The notes under the pieces: model-generated | Database searches by the model: none | What the model was told of the DNA's origin: nothing | Seen by the model: only the letters and a program-made list of their open reading frames with translations | Part shown: positions 1-14,300 of the stretch, piece by piece | Numbering within the stretch: position 1 is the first letter of the stretch | Layout of the letters: each line of letters starts with the position of its first letter | Assembly: GCA_040954595.2 (NCBI GenBank) | Contig: CM082577.2 | Location: 18,822,303 to 18,886,302, forward strand | Direction: 5' to 3' | Origin: Balanoglossus misakiensis | Lineage: Eukaryota > Animalia > Hemichordata | DNA length: 64,000 nucleotides | Position numbers and translations under genes: made by a program

Positions 1-232
1 GACTAGTTGATTCTTCTATCAAACCCCGCTGTAACAAGTCAGAAACCTGTCGTTCTATTTCTTCCCGTTTCCATACCGGAGTTCGATATGCGGGTTGCCT
101 TACTGGCGTGGCATTATTGGTTTCAATTGTATGTCGAATGATCCCAGTTTTACCAATATCATGATCTCCCTGACTAAACACATCATGGTACAGTGTCAAC
201 ATCTTTGAAACCCTTTCTTGTTGGTAAACTGA

Positions 233-1183
233 TCAATTTTTGCAACTTCTTGTGTATAAATCCACTACATGACCTGGAAGAGGAACATTGCTCCCAGGGC
301 AGGCTTTTGCCTTTTCAGTGCCAGAGGGCGCTCTATCACTGTCATTACCCCAAGATTCAACTGCACACTGATCGGTTCGGAGTAATCTCACAACAGTACC
401 AGCCCTCACATGTACAGGTTCAACACTAGCATTGAGAACTCTAACTGGTAAATGGGTAGATCTCGTGGTCACTAAAGCTTTACATGTCATAATGCCTTGC
501 TCCAGCAATTTACCCCCTTGTACTGGTAACACAACCGCTGTAAGACAAGTATCCGGGGAAGACTTATCTGTTCTCCCCACCCAGGTTGAATGAATTCTCA
601 TTCCCTGTGCACACCCACTTCCAACCTTTGCTGGTCCCGCAAACCAAGGTTCACTGGCGATGGGAGTCCTACACATTTTAGCCGGAATAATCATTTCATG
701 TCCAGGGGGAACAAAAACATCTCCCGCTACCTTTACACGACAAATGAACGGTTTCATTGTACCAGTGTTACTACATTTCAACCGTTCCCCTTTAATGACT
801 AGCTCCCCTGTCCCTGTATCAATAATACACCCAATTGAATGTAGAAAGCTCATACCAATAATGCCATCAGAGCATAGTTCAGCTACTAATACCGGAGAGA
901 TAGCCCTAGCCCCACCCAAGCAGATATCTAGGTTAACAACTCCACTAACCATAAGTGGTGTACCATCAGCTTGGTTCACCTTTACATTTATTGGTTGCAA
1001 TGCACCGTGAACTCCCACTGAAATTTTCCTATACATTTCTTCGGATATCACCATATCAGTTGCTCCCGTATCAACCAGAAAATTCCCCGATACACCACCG
1101 GCAGAGGCCTGTATGTACATACTTCTGACACTTGTATTGTTATTAGCCGGTTGAATTTCCCTAATATTTCCAGTAGTCTGCAC
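233..1183 (-). pseudogene. pol: Gypsy A protease region of pol (disrupted)
   Basis: FLVDTGA aspartic protease motif and DGIIGMSFL; ORF ends in a stop before RT. Confidence 0.9.
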
Positions 1184-1254
1184 ACACTGATCAACTGCCT
1201 CCCCTTTGGGTCCATACTGGTTGGCTGAGGGTTGACCCGACTTCCGCTCAGCCC

Positions 1255-1764
1255 CTAATCGTTTCCCGAAACCTTGGGTCGGGTGGGACAGTCCCGCTTC
1301 AGATGCCCTGATTCATTACAGTGCCAACACAAACGGCCACCAGAGGGCGCACCACTCTGAGCTTGTCCAGATGGGTTTTTTATACTAGTGTTGACAACAC
1401 GGGCCTTAACCTTTTGGTCAAGTTCAGCTAATTTGTCGGTGATCAAATCAACTTTGTTTGCTATCACCCCTATCACTGACTCCAGAGTCTGAGCCATTTT
1501 TGCGTCACCCGCTTCAATACCTCTCACTTGTTTACCCAACCCTTTATTGGTTTCAGGGCCACGGCTTTTCTCTAATAACTGAAAATTCTCTTCCCAAACT
1601 GTAGCCTGTATAACGTCGTCAAGTGTGGCACTGGGGGTCCTACCCGCTTCATTAACACGCCTACGCATAGCAGAATCAGTCAATGAATTGAAAAATGCGT
1701 CTATACCGGTACATAGCCGTTCGAATAGGTGACCTTTGGCATCAGGGTACCCAAGTGTTACCAT
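1255..1764 (-). pseudogene. gag: Gypsy A gag C-terminal fragment with zinc knuckle
   Basis: CWHCNESGHLKRDC (CX2CX4HX4C); upstream part is broken. Confidence 0.88.
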
Positions 1765-2498
1765 TTCCCTGATATCCTGTCCAAGCCCACTTAGAGACTC
1801 GCTGGGCTGGAGTACTCTTTGTCTTAATTTTAAACGATAGGTGTCTTCCTGTCCCCCAAAACCAAATCTATGATCTAGTAGTTTGCACAGTTACTGGTAT
1901 GTCAATGACTTTCTGTCAATTGATGTTAACAGCCGCTGGGCTGCCCCATACAACATGGCTTGGAGATACTTCAACTTTTCAACCTCTCTCCATTCATTTA
2001 TTTCCGCATAAATTTCAAAGTGTGCGAAATAATCATGCCATGCAAGCGATCCATCATACTTATCAGGCTTAAGTATGGACCCGTGTTTACGTGTACATGA
2101 TTTGCTATAGATCCTTCACTACGCACGGCGATATACCGCAGTGCAAAATCGGTCAGTCAATAGTTAAATCACTTCACTGGAGAACACACAATTTCCACCC
2201 TCCTGAACCAAATACCTAGAAAACCCTAGCTAAACCTTGGAATCGAATTTCCTAACAGACTATTGTTGTTTCCCGTTCCGGCAGATAATTGTTTTGCTAC
2301 CGTGTAGAGCGGGTAGATGAATCCACCCACATAAGGAGTATGCCCCCGGCCCTACGCGTTTTGTGCAACATGCCGGATCGAACAACAACGACGTCTACCC
2401 AGTATGCAAGATGGCTACAATATGGCGCCAAAACGCATACACTCGCCTACACTAACAGAGTTACTTACAGTACAACTATCCCAACTGCTGCACACCAA

Positions 2499-2933
2499 TG
2501 TTGTAGTTTTCTCAGCGTAGCTAGATTTCTCGTCGTGGACCCGGTAATGGTAGCGTCGCCCACGATGAAATCCTCCCGTACACTTCAACTGGACTACCAA
2601 CCACCTCGACAGGGTCGGATCGCCTGGAATAGTTGTCAGTGAACACCCTCTCACATGTACATTGACTCAGCGCAACACCAGCCGGAATGGTTAACAAGAA
2701 CAACGGATTTATGTGTATTTCGACTGTGTTACAAACTTTCACGTCTGCCCAGTTCGGAGGTGGAAACCCAAGAGAGCGAGAATGAGGTGTATCCCCAGCA
2801 AAAGTAGCCCGCCCCAACTATTACCCAATCAGCACGAATGTGAAGTTCACGTGATATAGTCCGGCCAATCACAGTTCCAGCCTGCTTCCTGATAGGCTCA
2901 AGCAGCGGTAACTTTGCAAGGTTTTCCATGACA
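2499..2933 (-). repeat. Gypsy A 5' LTR (copy 1)
   Basis: TGTTGTAG...CCATGACA, followed by TTAT; matches 44366..44829 apart from a ~29-bp deletion. Confidence 0.93.
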
Positions 2934-3150
2934 TTATTGTGATATATAGGTGAGAAATATATTGGAAAATGTCTTCATAACAAAAATATGTCATGAAATT
3001 ATTGACTAGCAAGAACCATGTGTATATGTATGGCCAAGGGGAAATTTTTAACTTCTAGTTCTGAACATTAACGTTATTGCTCAGGCTACTGTAACCACAT
3101 TCAAATAATACATACAATTTTCTGTTGCACCAGTGCTTTGACCTTACAGT

Positions 3151-5128
3151 AATTCTACCTCACGATGACGTCAGTCAGGGATCCCGTGAGATTGCACAAA
3201 TCTCCCATGATTCAGTGCGCATTCTACCCTTTTCAGTCTAGGCGTACTTTATCGGGGGTCCCCAAAAATTTGGGATTTCGCCGGAATTATTTACACTTTA
3301 AGTGAACCAACTTCACGAGTGTGAAGATCGAAAATATTCAATCATTATACCTCAAAGAAATCTGTGAAAATTTCACACATAAAGCCGAAAACGGCAAAAC
3401 AGACGGCATGGCGAAGACCGCCAACAGTGCGAATGAACTGTCTGCACTCGAGTTGGACGCTGACGCTGCTGTGAGACCCTTATCAAGAGACTCCTCTCGT
3501 GCTATGACCAGAACCAATACTGTAGCTGGCAAAAGTAGGAAATCCGATAAGCCAACACAAGTTTCACGTGCAGATCGCAGACAAGAGATGATTAATATTA
3601 CGTCCACTCGCAAGAACTCGAACTCTGAGGATCAAACAAATATGGCGCCTGTTCCATACAGCGCTGATTAATGGTGACGTCATCGTCCCCGTCCAGACAC
3701 AGAAGCCCGCGCCGGGGTTGCTGGACGGTACTGATAGAAATCACGTACCGATGGTTGCGGACATTCCGCTAACAACAGTGACGACGTCAAACGAAAATGC
3801 AAACCACGATTTGACTACAATTTTAGGTCACTTTTCGGCTATGCAACAACAATCCATGCAAGCCTTTGCACAGGTCATGTCCGATACTATGCACAAGACA
3901 TTAGCCGAAGCCCTAACAGATGGCAATCGCAAACGTCCCGCTGGGCCAGGGAATGAAAATCATGACAGAAACATTGGAGGTAAGAGACCAAAAATTCCAA
4001 TCAGCGGAGATGAACACGAGATTCAAAGACTTTCAGTTTTGGCAAATGAATATGATGGGACTAATCACGAAGTGGAAAGCGTATCGGCCCATTCAAACGC
4101 TGAGGAAGATATCGATACAATAGTATCAAACATGATCGAATCGGAAATTCAGCAGACAACACAGTTGCAACAGGATGTAACTGCTGATACAGGGGATGAA
4201 ACCGACAACGAAAGTGCATCGGTTGGGCTGGGACAAGCCTCAGATAACTGGCTCAGTGACCTTGCCCAAGAACTTGATTTGGAGGACAACAAATTTGGGC
4301 CTCCAGTTGTAACAAAATTGGCTGAAATAGCCAACAAAATGATGACGACACCCCTGGGGAAAGATTGCTTGAAGGAGAAATTTAAGCAATACTATGCGCC
4401 TGAGAATTGTGACAAAGTCGTGGTGGCCAAAGTCAACAAAGAAATCTGGTACAAAGTAAAACCAGAAACAAGGTCTCGTGACATTAAGTTACAGGCTGTG
4501 CAAAAGTGCATGATCAAAGCCATGATACCAGTATTGCAAATAACTGATGGTTTACTTCACGCCAAGAAATCAGTTACAAAGGTCGATGTTTCCAAAACTG
4601 TGAAGCAGCTCACAGATTCCCTTGCCTTCTTGGGTCAAGGATGTTGGGAGATAAACCAAAGACGTAGAGCCATGATAAGGCCTGACCTTAATCGCCAATA
4701 TCAGCAACTCTGCTCCAAACAAGTACCACTGACAACATTCCTCTTCGGAGATGATCTTGCAAAGCAAGTGAATGACATCAAAACCACCAACCGGGTTAGC
4801 TCCAAGTTGTCAGGCAACCACAAATATAAAACTGTACAAGGCTATGGTCGTGGTGGCGGTTTCCGGGGCAACTACCAAAATGCAAGAGGAAAAAACTCTT
4901 ACCCCTTCCGCAGAAAGCAGCAACATCATAATGCTCCCTTGTGGAAGAAAGGGACAGAGGGCCAAAAGTAGTGGACATGCCCCAGGTTAGTGATGAAGGT
5001 GAGCACAAATACACAGAAAACGTGCCAGTCAAGCCATTTGAGGCAGGTGCACTGAGACAATATGTAAATAAATTTTGACCATGGTACAAGGTTGCGAAAT
5101 TGAATTTGTGAAATCACCATGGCAAACC
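3151..5128 (+). mobile_element. DIRS1-type retrotransposon, copy 1 (3'-truncated)
   Basis: Starts AATTCTACCTCACG like the full copy at 26625; contains ORF1 and RT start, then breaks into a Gypsy A LTR at an AAACC microhomology. Confidence 0.92.
3718..4971 (+). CDS. DIRS ORF1 (Gag-like); probably the 3' part of a longer ORF broken from the 3321..3671 frame
   Basis: 417-aa ORF overlapping the RT start; DIRS-ORF1-like motifs (PENC..V..VNKEIW, RRRAMIRPDLN, FLFGDDL). Confidence 0.75.
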   Translation: MLDGTDRNHVPMVADIPLTTVTTSNENANHDLTTILGHFSAMQQQSMQAFAQVMSDTMHKTLAEALTDGNRKRPAGPGNENHDRNIGGKRPKIPISGDEHEIQRLSVLANEYDGTNHEVESVSAHSNAEEDIDTIVSNMIESEIQQTTQLQQDVTADTGDETDNESASVGLGQASDNWLSDLAQELDLEDNKFGPPVVTKLAEIANKMMTTPLGKDCLKEKFKQYYAPENCDKVVVAKVNKEIWYKVKPETRSRDIKLQAVQKCMIKAMIPVLQITDGLLHAKKSVTKVDVSKTVKQLTDSLAFLGQGCWEINQRRRAMIRPDLNRQYQQLCSKQVPLTTFLFGDDLAKQVNDIKTTNRVSSKLSGNHKYKTVQGYGRGGGFRGNYQNARGKNSYPFRRKQQHHNAPLWKKGTEGQK

Positions 5129-5293
5129 CAAGAGAGCGAGAATGAGGTGTATCCCCAGCAAAAGTAGCCCGCCCCAACTATTACCCAATCAGCACGAATG
5201 TGAAGTTCACGTGATATAGTCCGGCCAATCACAGTTCCAGCCTACTTCCTGATAGGCTCAAGCAGCGGTAACTTTGCAAGGTTTTCCATGACA
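5124..5293 (-). repeat. Gypsy A LTR remnant
   Basis: Near-identical to 2764..2933, ends CCATGACA+TTAT; the downstream DIRS site is empty. Confidence 0.9.
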
Positions 5294-6706
5294 TTATTGT
5301 GATATATAGGTGAGAAATATATTGGAAAATGTCTTCATTACAAAAATATGTCATGAAATTATTGACTAGCAAGAACCATGTGTATATGTATGGCCAAGGG
5401 GAAATTTTTAACTTCTAGTTCTGAACATTAACGTTATTGCGCAGGCTACTGTAACCACATTCAAATAATACATACAATTTTCTGTTGCACCAGTGCTTTG
5501 ACCTTACAGTAATTAATTACTACTACACAGGTCAGGAACACTGAGAAGGCGGCCTTAAATTATGCATTTACATTTGAGGAATTTTTTGCCCATTTGTTAT
5601 GATGTAACTTTCAATATTTCTTGTTGTAGTATGAAATTTTCAATGTCAAAAAGTGATCAGACAACACCTGTAGCTAAATATCTATTTGGTATTGGTACAT
5701 TTCGGATATATCTAAATTGTACCAATTTTAGTCTAGAAATATGTATACCTTAGGTAGCTTTTGTTTTCAAACAAATGGTTCATAAGGTATACCTTATTTA
5801 TGGTTAATTTGGTATACCTATTTATGGCAAAACGACCAAATCCAAGATTTTTTTTCCAACCGAATGAGGCATTTCAGGAATACCTAAATAGTACCTTTTC
5901 AATCGAAAAAGTATATATTTGGTATACTAATTAGTTAATTTAAAGACCAAATATGGACTACCTAAGATAGCCCTTTTTTAAAACAATAGGTACATTTTAA
6001 GTATACCTAAATAGTACCTATTTAGTCCGGGAAAGTATACCTTAGGTATATTTCTAGTGTACTAGAATTTCGTAAGGGTGTTCCTGCACACCACCCTATT
6101 GCTGCACAGTTCCTGCACAGGCTACCCTATTGCTGCACAGTTCCTGCACACAGGCCATCTTACTACTGCACAGTTCTTGCAGACTGTCCTATTCCTGCAC
6201 AGTTACCGCTTGCCTTGTTCCTGCACTAGTGCAGCAACACCTCATTTGCATGCGAAAAGTCGCCTTGCAGCAGAGCTGCAGCAACTTTCTATTGCACCGG
6301 TGCTGCAACCTTGTGGTATTGCTACTGCACCAGTGCAGCAACACTGTGCAGGAGGCCTTAAATTTTCATAAGGGCTATAGGTATGCACATAATTAATGAT
6401 GTTTGAATATGGTACTAGAAATGTACAGTACACTGATACACTGATCAGCTGACCTTTTGTTTACGCATACGCCATTGCTCCGTTCTCGATCTGTCCCAGA
6501 GTCTGAATTTTTCGCACCTATAGATTTTAAAGATTTTTGAAGTCTGCAAATTCACTGGCATTGACAAAACTATAACATAATAAGTATAATGTACGCCCCA
6601 TAATGTACTTGGCATTCGCCTCGCACATTAGGTTGCACAATGTGTGCTTTCGTCCATTATGGGTCTTCGGGGCGTACATTATTCTCTAACCAATGATCAT
6701 TGCTCA

Positions 6707-7170
<464 letters not shown>

Positions 7171-7332
7171 CTGTTGAGGGTAAAGTAGAGAACACAAGTG
7201 ATTTGGCTTACAGACTGACCAACACAGACGTGGACAAGGGTGTTATGTCCATGAAAATCTACCTAAATATGTACATTCGCAATGGCAGAATTCATGAATG
7301 TTCCTGCAAACATCTTCAAAGAGCTCCATTAA

Positions 7333-8100
7333 CCCTTTGAACATCGCTCGGAGGTTTACCGCCGCAGGATGACCTTTTGACCCATAATTTTTCAATATGC
7401 TGACGTCAAGGCATTTTCCCGCCGACATTGTAAATCCAGCCATATGAAAGCAAGTTAAAAAGCTAGGGGACCCTAATGTGACCTTCCAAATGACTTGAAA
7501 TTGATTCCTATGCGAGCGACTACATAAAAAATAGTGATATCCAAGCAGCGATTTTTAGCGAAAGTTGACAGAGATTTAAAAATGGCGACCCGACGATAGT
7601 TACGCATTGATCCATTGCAAGATGAGGATGCTTTCTGGGCTCATTTTGACCGAGTACTAGTAGATAGTAGCTCAGAAAGTGAAGATGAAGAACAAGACCA
7701 GCCTGACATCGTTATGGACCAAGATGGTGACCCCAACCGCGCGAACGATGAAGAAGAATTTGAGCCAGAGCCCGCGATCCAGCCACCCCCACCAGTTCGG
7801 CAACGAGTGAGAAGACTGCCCCGAGCCCGCGAAGTAAACCCACCACCTATGATATGGCAGGGCATCATAATAAACGGTAGGCAGGCTCCTATTTATAATC
7901 AACGACGTGGACCGACAAGACAAATGCCAACTGACAGTACACCATTAGATTATTTTCGGACATAAAGTCATCGTCATCGTCGTGTCGTGTCACAATCATT
8001 ATTTTGGACATATGCTTACTGTGTGATGAAAGGTGAGAGCGCAGTCAAAAGGTCGGGCTGAATAATACAGAGACTCTGAAAATATTGTACCTTATTCTTA
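7333..8100 (+). mobile_element. Internally deleted piggyBac 5' part within U1
   Basis: TTAA|CCCTTTGAAC terminus; acidic N-terminus followed by W..GP..TPLDYF; premature TAG at codon 6. Confidence 0.7.
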
Positions 8101-9514
8101 TCAAACATGTTGATGGATATTTTGACAATTGTGACATGTGAACATTTACAAAAAAATGAAATAAATTTGCTTCAAACTCATTGGCAAAACAAGGACATGG
8201 AGTTGTTGTATATTTGTTATTATTGAGATATATAGGTGAGCAATATATTGGAAAATATCTTCATTACAAAAATATGTCGTGAAATTATTGACTAGCAAGA
8301 ACCATGTGTATATGTATGGCCAAGGAGAAATTTTTAACTTCTAGTTCTGAACATTAACGTTATTGCGCAGGCTACTGTAACCACATTCAAATAATACACA
8401 CAATTTTCTGTTGCACCAGTGCTTTGACCTTACAGTAATTAATTATTACTACACAGGTCAGGAACACTGAGAAGGCGGTCTTAAATTATGCATTTGGTAT
8501 TGGTACATTTCGGATATATCTAAATTGTACCAATTTTAGTCTAGAAATATGTATACCTTAGGTAGCTTTTGTTTTCAAACAAATGGTTCATTAGGTATAC
8601 CTAAATTATGGTTCATTGGGTATACCTATTTATGGCAAAACGACCAAATCCAAGATTTTTTTTAAACCGAAAGAGGCATTTCAGGAATACCTAAATAGTA
8701 CCTTTTCAATCGAAAAAGTAAACTTTTGGTATACCAATTAGTAAATTTAAAGACCAAATCTGGACTACCTAAGGTAGCCCTTTTTTAAAGCAATACGTAC
8801 ATTTTAAGTATACCTAAATAGTACCTATTTAGTCCGGGAAAGTATACCTTAGGTATATTTCTAGTGTACCAGAATTTCGTAAGGGTGTTCCTGCACACCA
8901 CCCTATTGCTGCACAGTTCCTGCACAGGCCACCCTATTGCTGCACAGTTCCTGCACACAGGCCATCTTACTACTGCACAGTTCTTGCAGACTGTCCTATT
9001 CCTGCACAGTTACCGCTTGCCTTGTTCCTGCACTAGTGCAGCAACACCTCATTTGCATGCGAAAAAGTCGCCTTGCAGCAGAGCTGCAGCAACTTTCTAT
9101 TGCAACGGTGCTGCAACCTTGTGGTATTGCTACTGCACCAGTGCAGCAACACTGTGCAGGAGGCCTTAAATTTTCATAAGGGCTATAGGTATGCACATAA
9201 TTAACGATGTTTGAATATGATACTAGAAATGTACAGTACACTGATACACTGATCAGCTGACCTTTTGTTTACGCATACGCCATTGCTCCGTTCTCGATCT
9301 GTCTCAGAGTCTGAATTTTTCGCACCTATAGATTATAAAGATTTTTGAAGTCTGCAAATTCACTGGCATTGACAAAACTATAACATAATAAGTATAATGT
9401 ACGCCCCATAATGTACTCGGCATTCGCCTCGCACATTATGTTGCACAATGTGTGCTTTCGTCCATTATGGGTCTTCGGGGCATACATTATTCTCTAACCA
9501 ATGATCATTGCTCA

Positions 9515-9993
<479 letters not shown>

Positions 9994-10656
9994 CTGTTGA
10001 GGGTAAAGTAGAGAACACAAGTGATTTGGCTTACAGACTGACCAACACAGACGTGGACAAGGGTGTTATGTCCATGAAAATCTACCTAAATATGTACATT
10101 CGCAATGGCAGAATTCATGAATGTTCCTGCAAACATCTTCAAAGAGCTACCTTGACTACCCAGTGACATTAAAGAGGAACGACACCCACAATTTTGGGCT
10201 TCAAAGTACAAACCGGGTGTCAAAAACGGCAACGTTCCGATGGGTTAATTCACTTTCACTTCCTGCGCAAGCAGAAGACGCGAGTTGAAAATACTACAGT
10301 GACGTCAGCAACTTGCGTAGCAGTCAACGCGTAGCACTCTTACACATTCGACGTGTCATTTCCAATAAACAGACACATTTTGCGCGGATCTGACATGGCG
10401 AAATGTCAAGTTCATGATTTTAAAAACATATTCGGAAAATCGACGGGGATAAGTTTCTTTCAAAGGCAATGCTCTACGTGTATTGTATTTGTCAATGCGT
10501 GCAGACATAGACCCTGCAATGTCCACGATGCCATGCATGTCGACGTTTATGAACAAACCGTAAGGCCTATACAAAGTTGTTCTAACTGCCGCTGATAATA
10601 ATAAACGTACCGTTTTAAATCTTTCCTGCACGTTTTTTGGTACACGTATTTGGGTT

Positions 10657-11298
10657 TGTCACGGTTGTCGCCGTTCATTCCAACATATTCACACCAAACA
10701 GGTTAAGGTTAACAAAGACATAGGCCTTACATTTAATAACTGAAATGGAACAAATACATGTCAGTTCCAACGTGTGTGGCCGGTCTGGCTACAGAGGTGA
10801 ACTGCTAAATTACACACATGTATGGGAGTTCACCTCCAACAGAATACACCAAAATTCATGCAAGTGAAAAATATAGACATACAATTGGAAAATTGACGCA
10901 AGTTAAAGACACCAATTACTTGTGCTGAAATGAGTCGGTAGAATGCACCAAAATACAAAGCTTCAAGCAACAGGTAAGGTACAAGGAAACTAACCTGAAA
11001 TGGAACAAATACATGTCAGTTCCAACGTGTGTGGCCGGTCTGGCTACAGAGGTGAACTGACCAATTTTATGCACCATGTCCTTTTATATCAGCAATTACA
11101 TCATAGTGCCAGATTAGCTTGTGTTCATTGGTCAAATGAAACTTCCAGGTGGTTTGCATATAATTAAGATCAACCAATTGAAGGTAAGTACTATTACGTC
11201 ATATGAATAATTGAATAACTAATTACTATAAGATACAGGTATAACATACATACAGATATACATGTATACAAATTCAATGGATCAACAAGGCCGTTACA
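10657..11298 (-). repeat. Gypsy B 3' LTR
   Basis: TGTCACGG...CCGTTACA; one mismatch seen against the 5' LTR. Confidence 0.97.
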
Positions 11299-11357
11299 CA
11301 CACCCCTGCGAGGAGAAATGGCGTCCTCGTCATTTAAAGTAAGTTAAAGATATTTGA

Positions 11358-14300
11358 TTAATAGTGGCAATTAATAAATGGTATAGAAGATAAAGTCGTA
11401 TGAGCAAACTGTTTTAGATTCCATTGTTCGGGACTATATCTATCTGGAGGTCGTCTCTGTCGTGTAGGATAGCGTGGTTCAGGTTGAGTACTACTACTGG
11501 AGTCAGGACTGATGTTGGTTGTAGCAGGAGTGATACCATCTGGATCGCTCGATGACCAACCATCCGTACTTTGCAAAATATGATTCGAGAAATCTGAGGT
11601 AAGTACTTGAGAAGGTCCATCCGGATTAACCATACTTGTGGGGTTGTCCATCAGGGAACTTTCTCTTCTGGATGGGATGAATTCTGCAGCAGTAGGATTA
11701 AGAGCATTGTGTTCTGTTGGCAAGTTGATAGTTGACACGAATTGCAATTTACCAATGCCGTCATCCTCTTCGTCCACTGCATCCTGGGTAGCATTGTTGA
11801 TAACACCCGGTACACTCTGCTTAACATCACGCTGCGTCATCTTGGTGTTAACATCGTCATCCAGTTCGTCCGGAATTATTGGTATTGGGAGTAGCAAATT
11901 TCTATGTAGTGTCCGCTTCCTTCCACCCTTAACTTGTTTTTGTACCACGTATACTGGAATGTCTTCTATGGGCTGTGAAATCACTGTATATGGATCCTTT
12001 TCCCATTGGTCTGCCAATTTGTAATTGTCTTTAGGTCCTGTATTCTTCACCAACACAGTATCACCAGGTTGTATTATGGCCACCTTCACTTTTCTATCAT
12101 ATGACTTCTTCTGCCGTTCACCAGACTTAACAGACCGTTCCGTTGCTACTTTATAGGCGTAATCCAACCGTTCGGCAAGTTTCGTCACATAATCTGAAAC
12201 TGTTCCACCATATTCTAGGTTGGTCTGGTCTGCATGTCCAGATACATCTATAGGCAGTCTTGGTTCACGACCAAACATCAAAAAGAAAGGTGAATATCCG
12301 GTGCTTTCATGCTTTGTAGAATTATAGGCATGAACCATCGTATTGACATGTGAAGCCCATCTTGTTTTGTTGTCTTCATTCATAGTTCCAAGCATCTGTA
12401 ATAACGTCTTATTAAATCGTTCGCACATTCCATTTCCCTGGGGGTGGTATGGAGTGGTCCTGGACTTCTTAATATTTGCTATTCGGCAAAGTTCCTGAAT
12501 TGTAGACGACTCAAAGTTTCGCCCCTGGTCACTGTGTAATCGTCCTGGGAACCCATAATGCAAAATCAAATGTTCAAACAATGCTTTGGCAGTTGTTTTG
12601 GCAGACTGGTTCTTTGTAGGTACTGCTATAGCGTATCGAGTGAAATGGTCCGTCATCACTAATATGTTGCTATATCCTTGATCTGGTGTTGGTATATGGA
12701 GAAAGTCGATGCACACCATTTCCATCGGTTGTGATGTGTGAATATTAACCAAGGGAGTTCTAGGTAAGGAAGTTGAACTTTTCCTGCGAATGCATGGTAA
12801 ACAATGTTCCACTTTCTTTTGAACATCCATCGACATCCTAGGCCAGTAGAATCTTCGTCGTACCAGATCCAGGGTTTTATCTTGGCCAAAGTGTCCAAGT
12901 TTATCATGTAGTTCCTCCAGGACATCTTTTCTATGGTGTACTGGTAAGACAAGTTGCAAATATTGTATATCATCGATGAAGCATTTCCTGTATAGGACTC
13001 CATTCTTCAGAACAAGGCGTTTCCAATCTCGTATAAGTAGTCTGATATCTCCTGTATGATCTCTCATAAGTGGTTTGTGGTCCTTTTCAAGCTGATCAGT
13101 CACATACCGTATTGTTGAATCTTTGGACTGCTCCGTCTTCCAGAACACATCATCCCCACCTTGAACTACTGCAGGTCTGTCCTCATCTGCTACCATTCCG
13201 AATGAAGTTACGTATGGACCTTCTGTTGCTCGACAAAGCGCCTGGACTACATCGGCTCCCAGATTGGTTTCCGTCTCTGGATTCTCTCTATTCCATGGAA
13301 TCCTAGACAAAGCGTCAGCCTCTATATTCTTCTTACCACTCCGGTAAACAATAGAGAAGTCGTACAATGACAAGTCTGACAACCATCTGTGTCCCACCGC
13401 ATCCAGTTTCGCAGAAGTTAACACATACGTCAAAGGGTTGTTGTCTGTAAACACAGTGAATTTGCTTCCATACAGGTAGTCGTTGAACTTCTTGGTGACG
13501 GCCCATTTCAGTGCCAAAAATTCTAATTTATGAGCTGGATAATTACTTTCAGACTTGGTGAGTCCTCTACTTGCATAGGCAATTACTCTGAGAATACCTT
13601 TCTGGCGTTGATACAGCACTGCTCCCAGACCTGTGGAACTTGCATCAGTATGTATTTCAAATGGAAGTGAGTAGTCAGCAAAGGCTAGTATTGGTGACGA
13701 CATTAGGCTCTTCCTCAGAGTGTCGAAAGCTTGTTGTTCCTGTTGTCCCCACTGGAGTTTTTCAAATTTTCCCGCCTTATTCCTTGACTGACGTCCACAC
13801 AGCAAGTCGTTAAGTGGCTTGGCAATATTACTGTAGCTTTGGATAAATCTCCTGTAATACCCTGCAAATCCAAGAAATCTTCTCAGTTCTGTTACAGTAG
13901 TGGGTATTGGCCATTCCTTCAGAGCTGCTACCTTGTCTGGGTCCGTTGTAATTCCGTCGGCTGATACCACGTGTCCAAGATATTTCACCTTCTTCTGGAA
14001 TAAAACACATTTCGTTGCCTTCAACTTTAATCCATGTGATGCCAGCCGCTGGAATACCCGCTCCAATCTATTGAGGTGGTCTTCAAAAGTCTTCGAAAAT
14101 ACTATGATGTCATCTAAATACACACAACATTCTCTGAACGCCAATTCTCCAAAACACTTCTCCATGAGACGCTGGAAAGTTGCAGGTGCGTTGGTCAGAC
14201 CCATAGACATACGGTTGAATTCAAATAAGCCGAAGTTTCCCACCGTGAAAGCTGTCTTCGCTTTGTCGTCTTCCGCCATCTCTACTTGGTAATATCCAGA

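Larger units (their letters stand above)
1..2933 (-). mobile_element. Gypsy LTR retrotransposon A, copy 1 (5' half; continues off the window start)
   Basis: 5' LTR 2499..2933 (TGT..ACA), PBS next to it, CCHC gag remnant, aspartic protease and start of RT; near-identical to 23475..26407 (offset 23474). Confidence 0.95.

Noticed and set aside
1-5128. Pure assembly artefact duplicating 23475..28628
   Set aside because: The copies differ by substitutions and indels (AELC/AEIC, LEDNK/LDNK, a 28-bp RT deletion) and by different 3' structure; long-read confirmation is still advisable
6078-6433. Cys/His/Gln-rich short ORFs repeated in each unit (also at 8864, 34890, 37847, 42172)
   Set aside because: By-products of TGCA-rich low-complexity DNA; open in several frames and both strands, and frameshifted between copies
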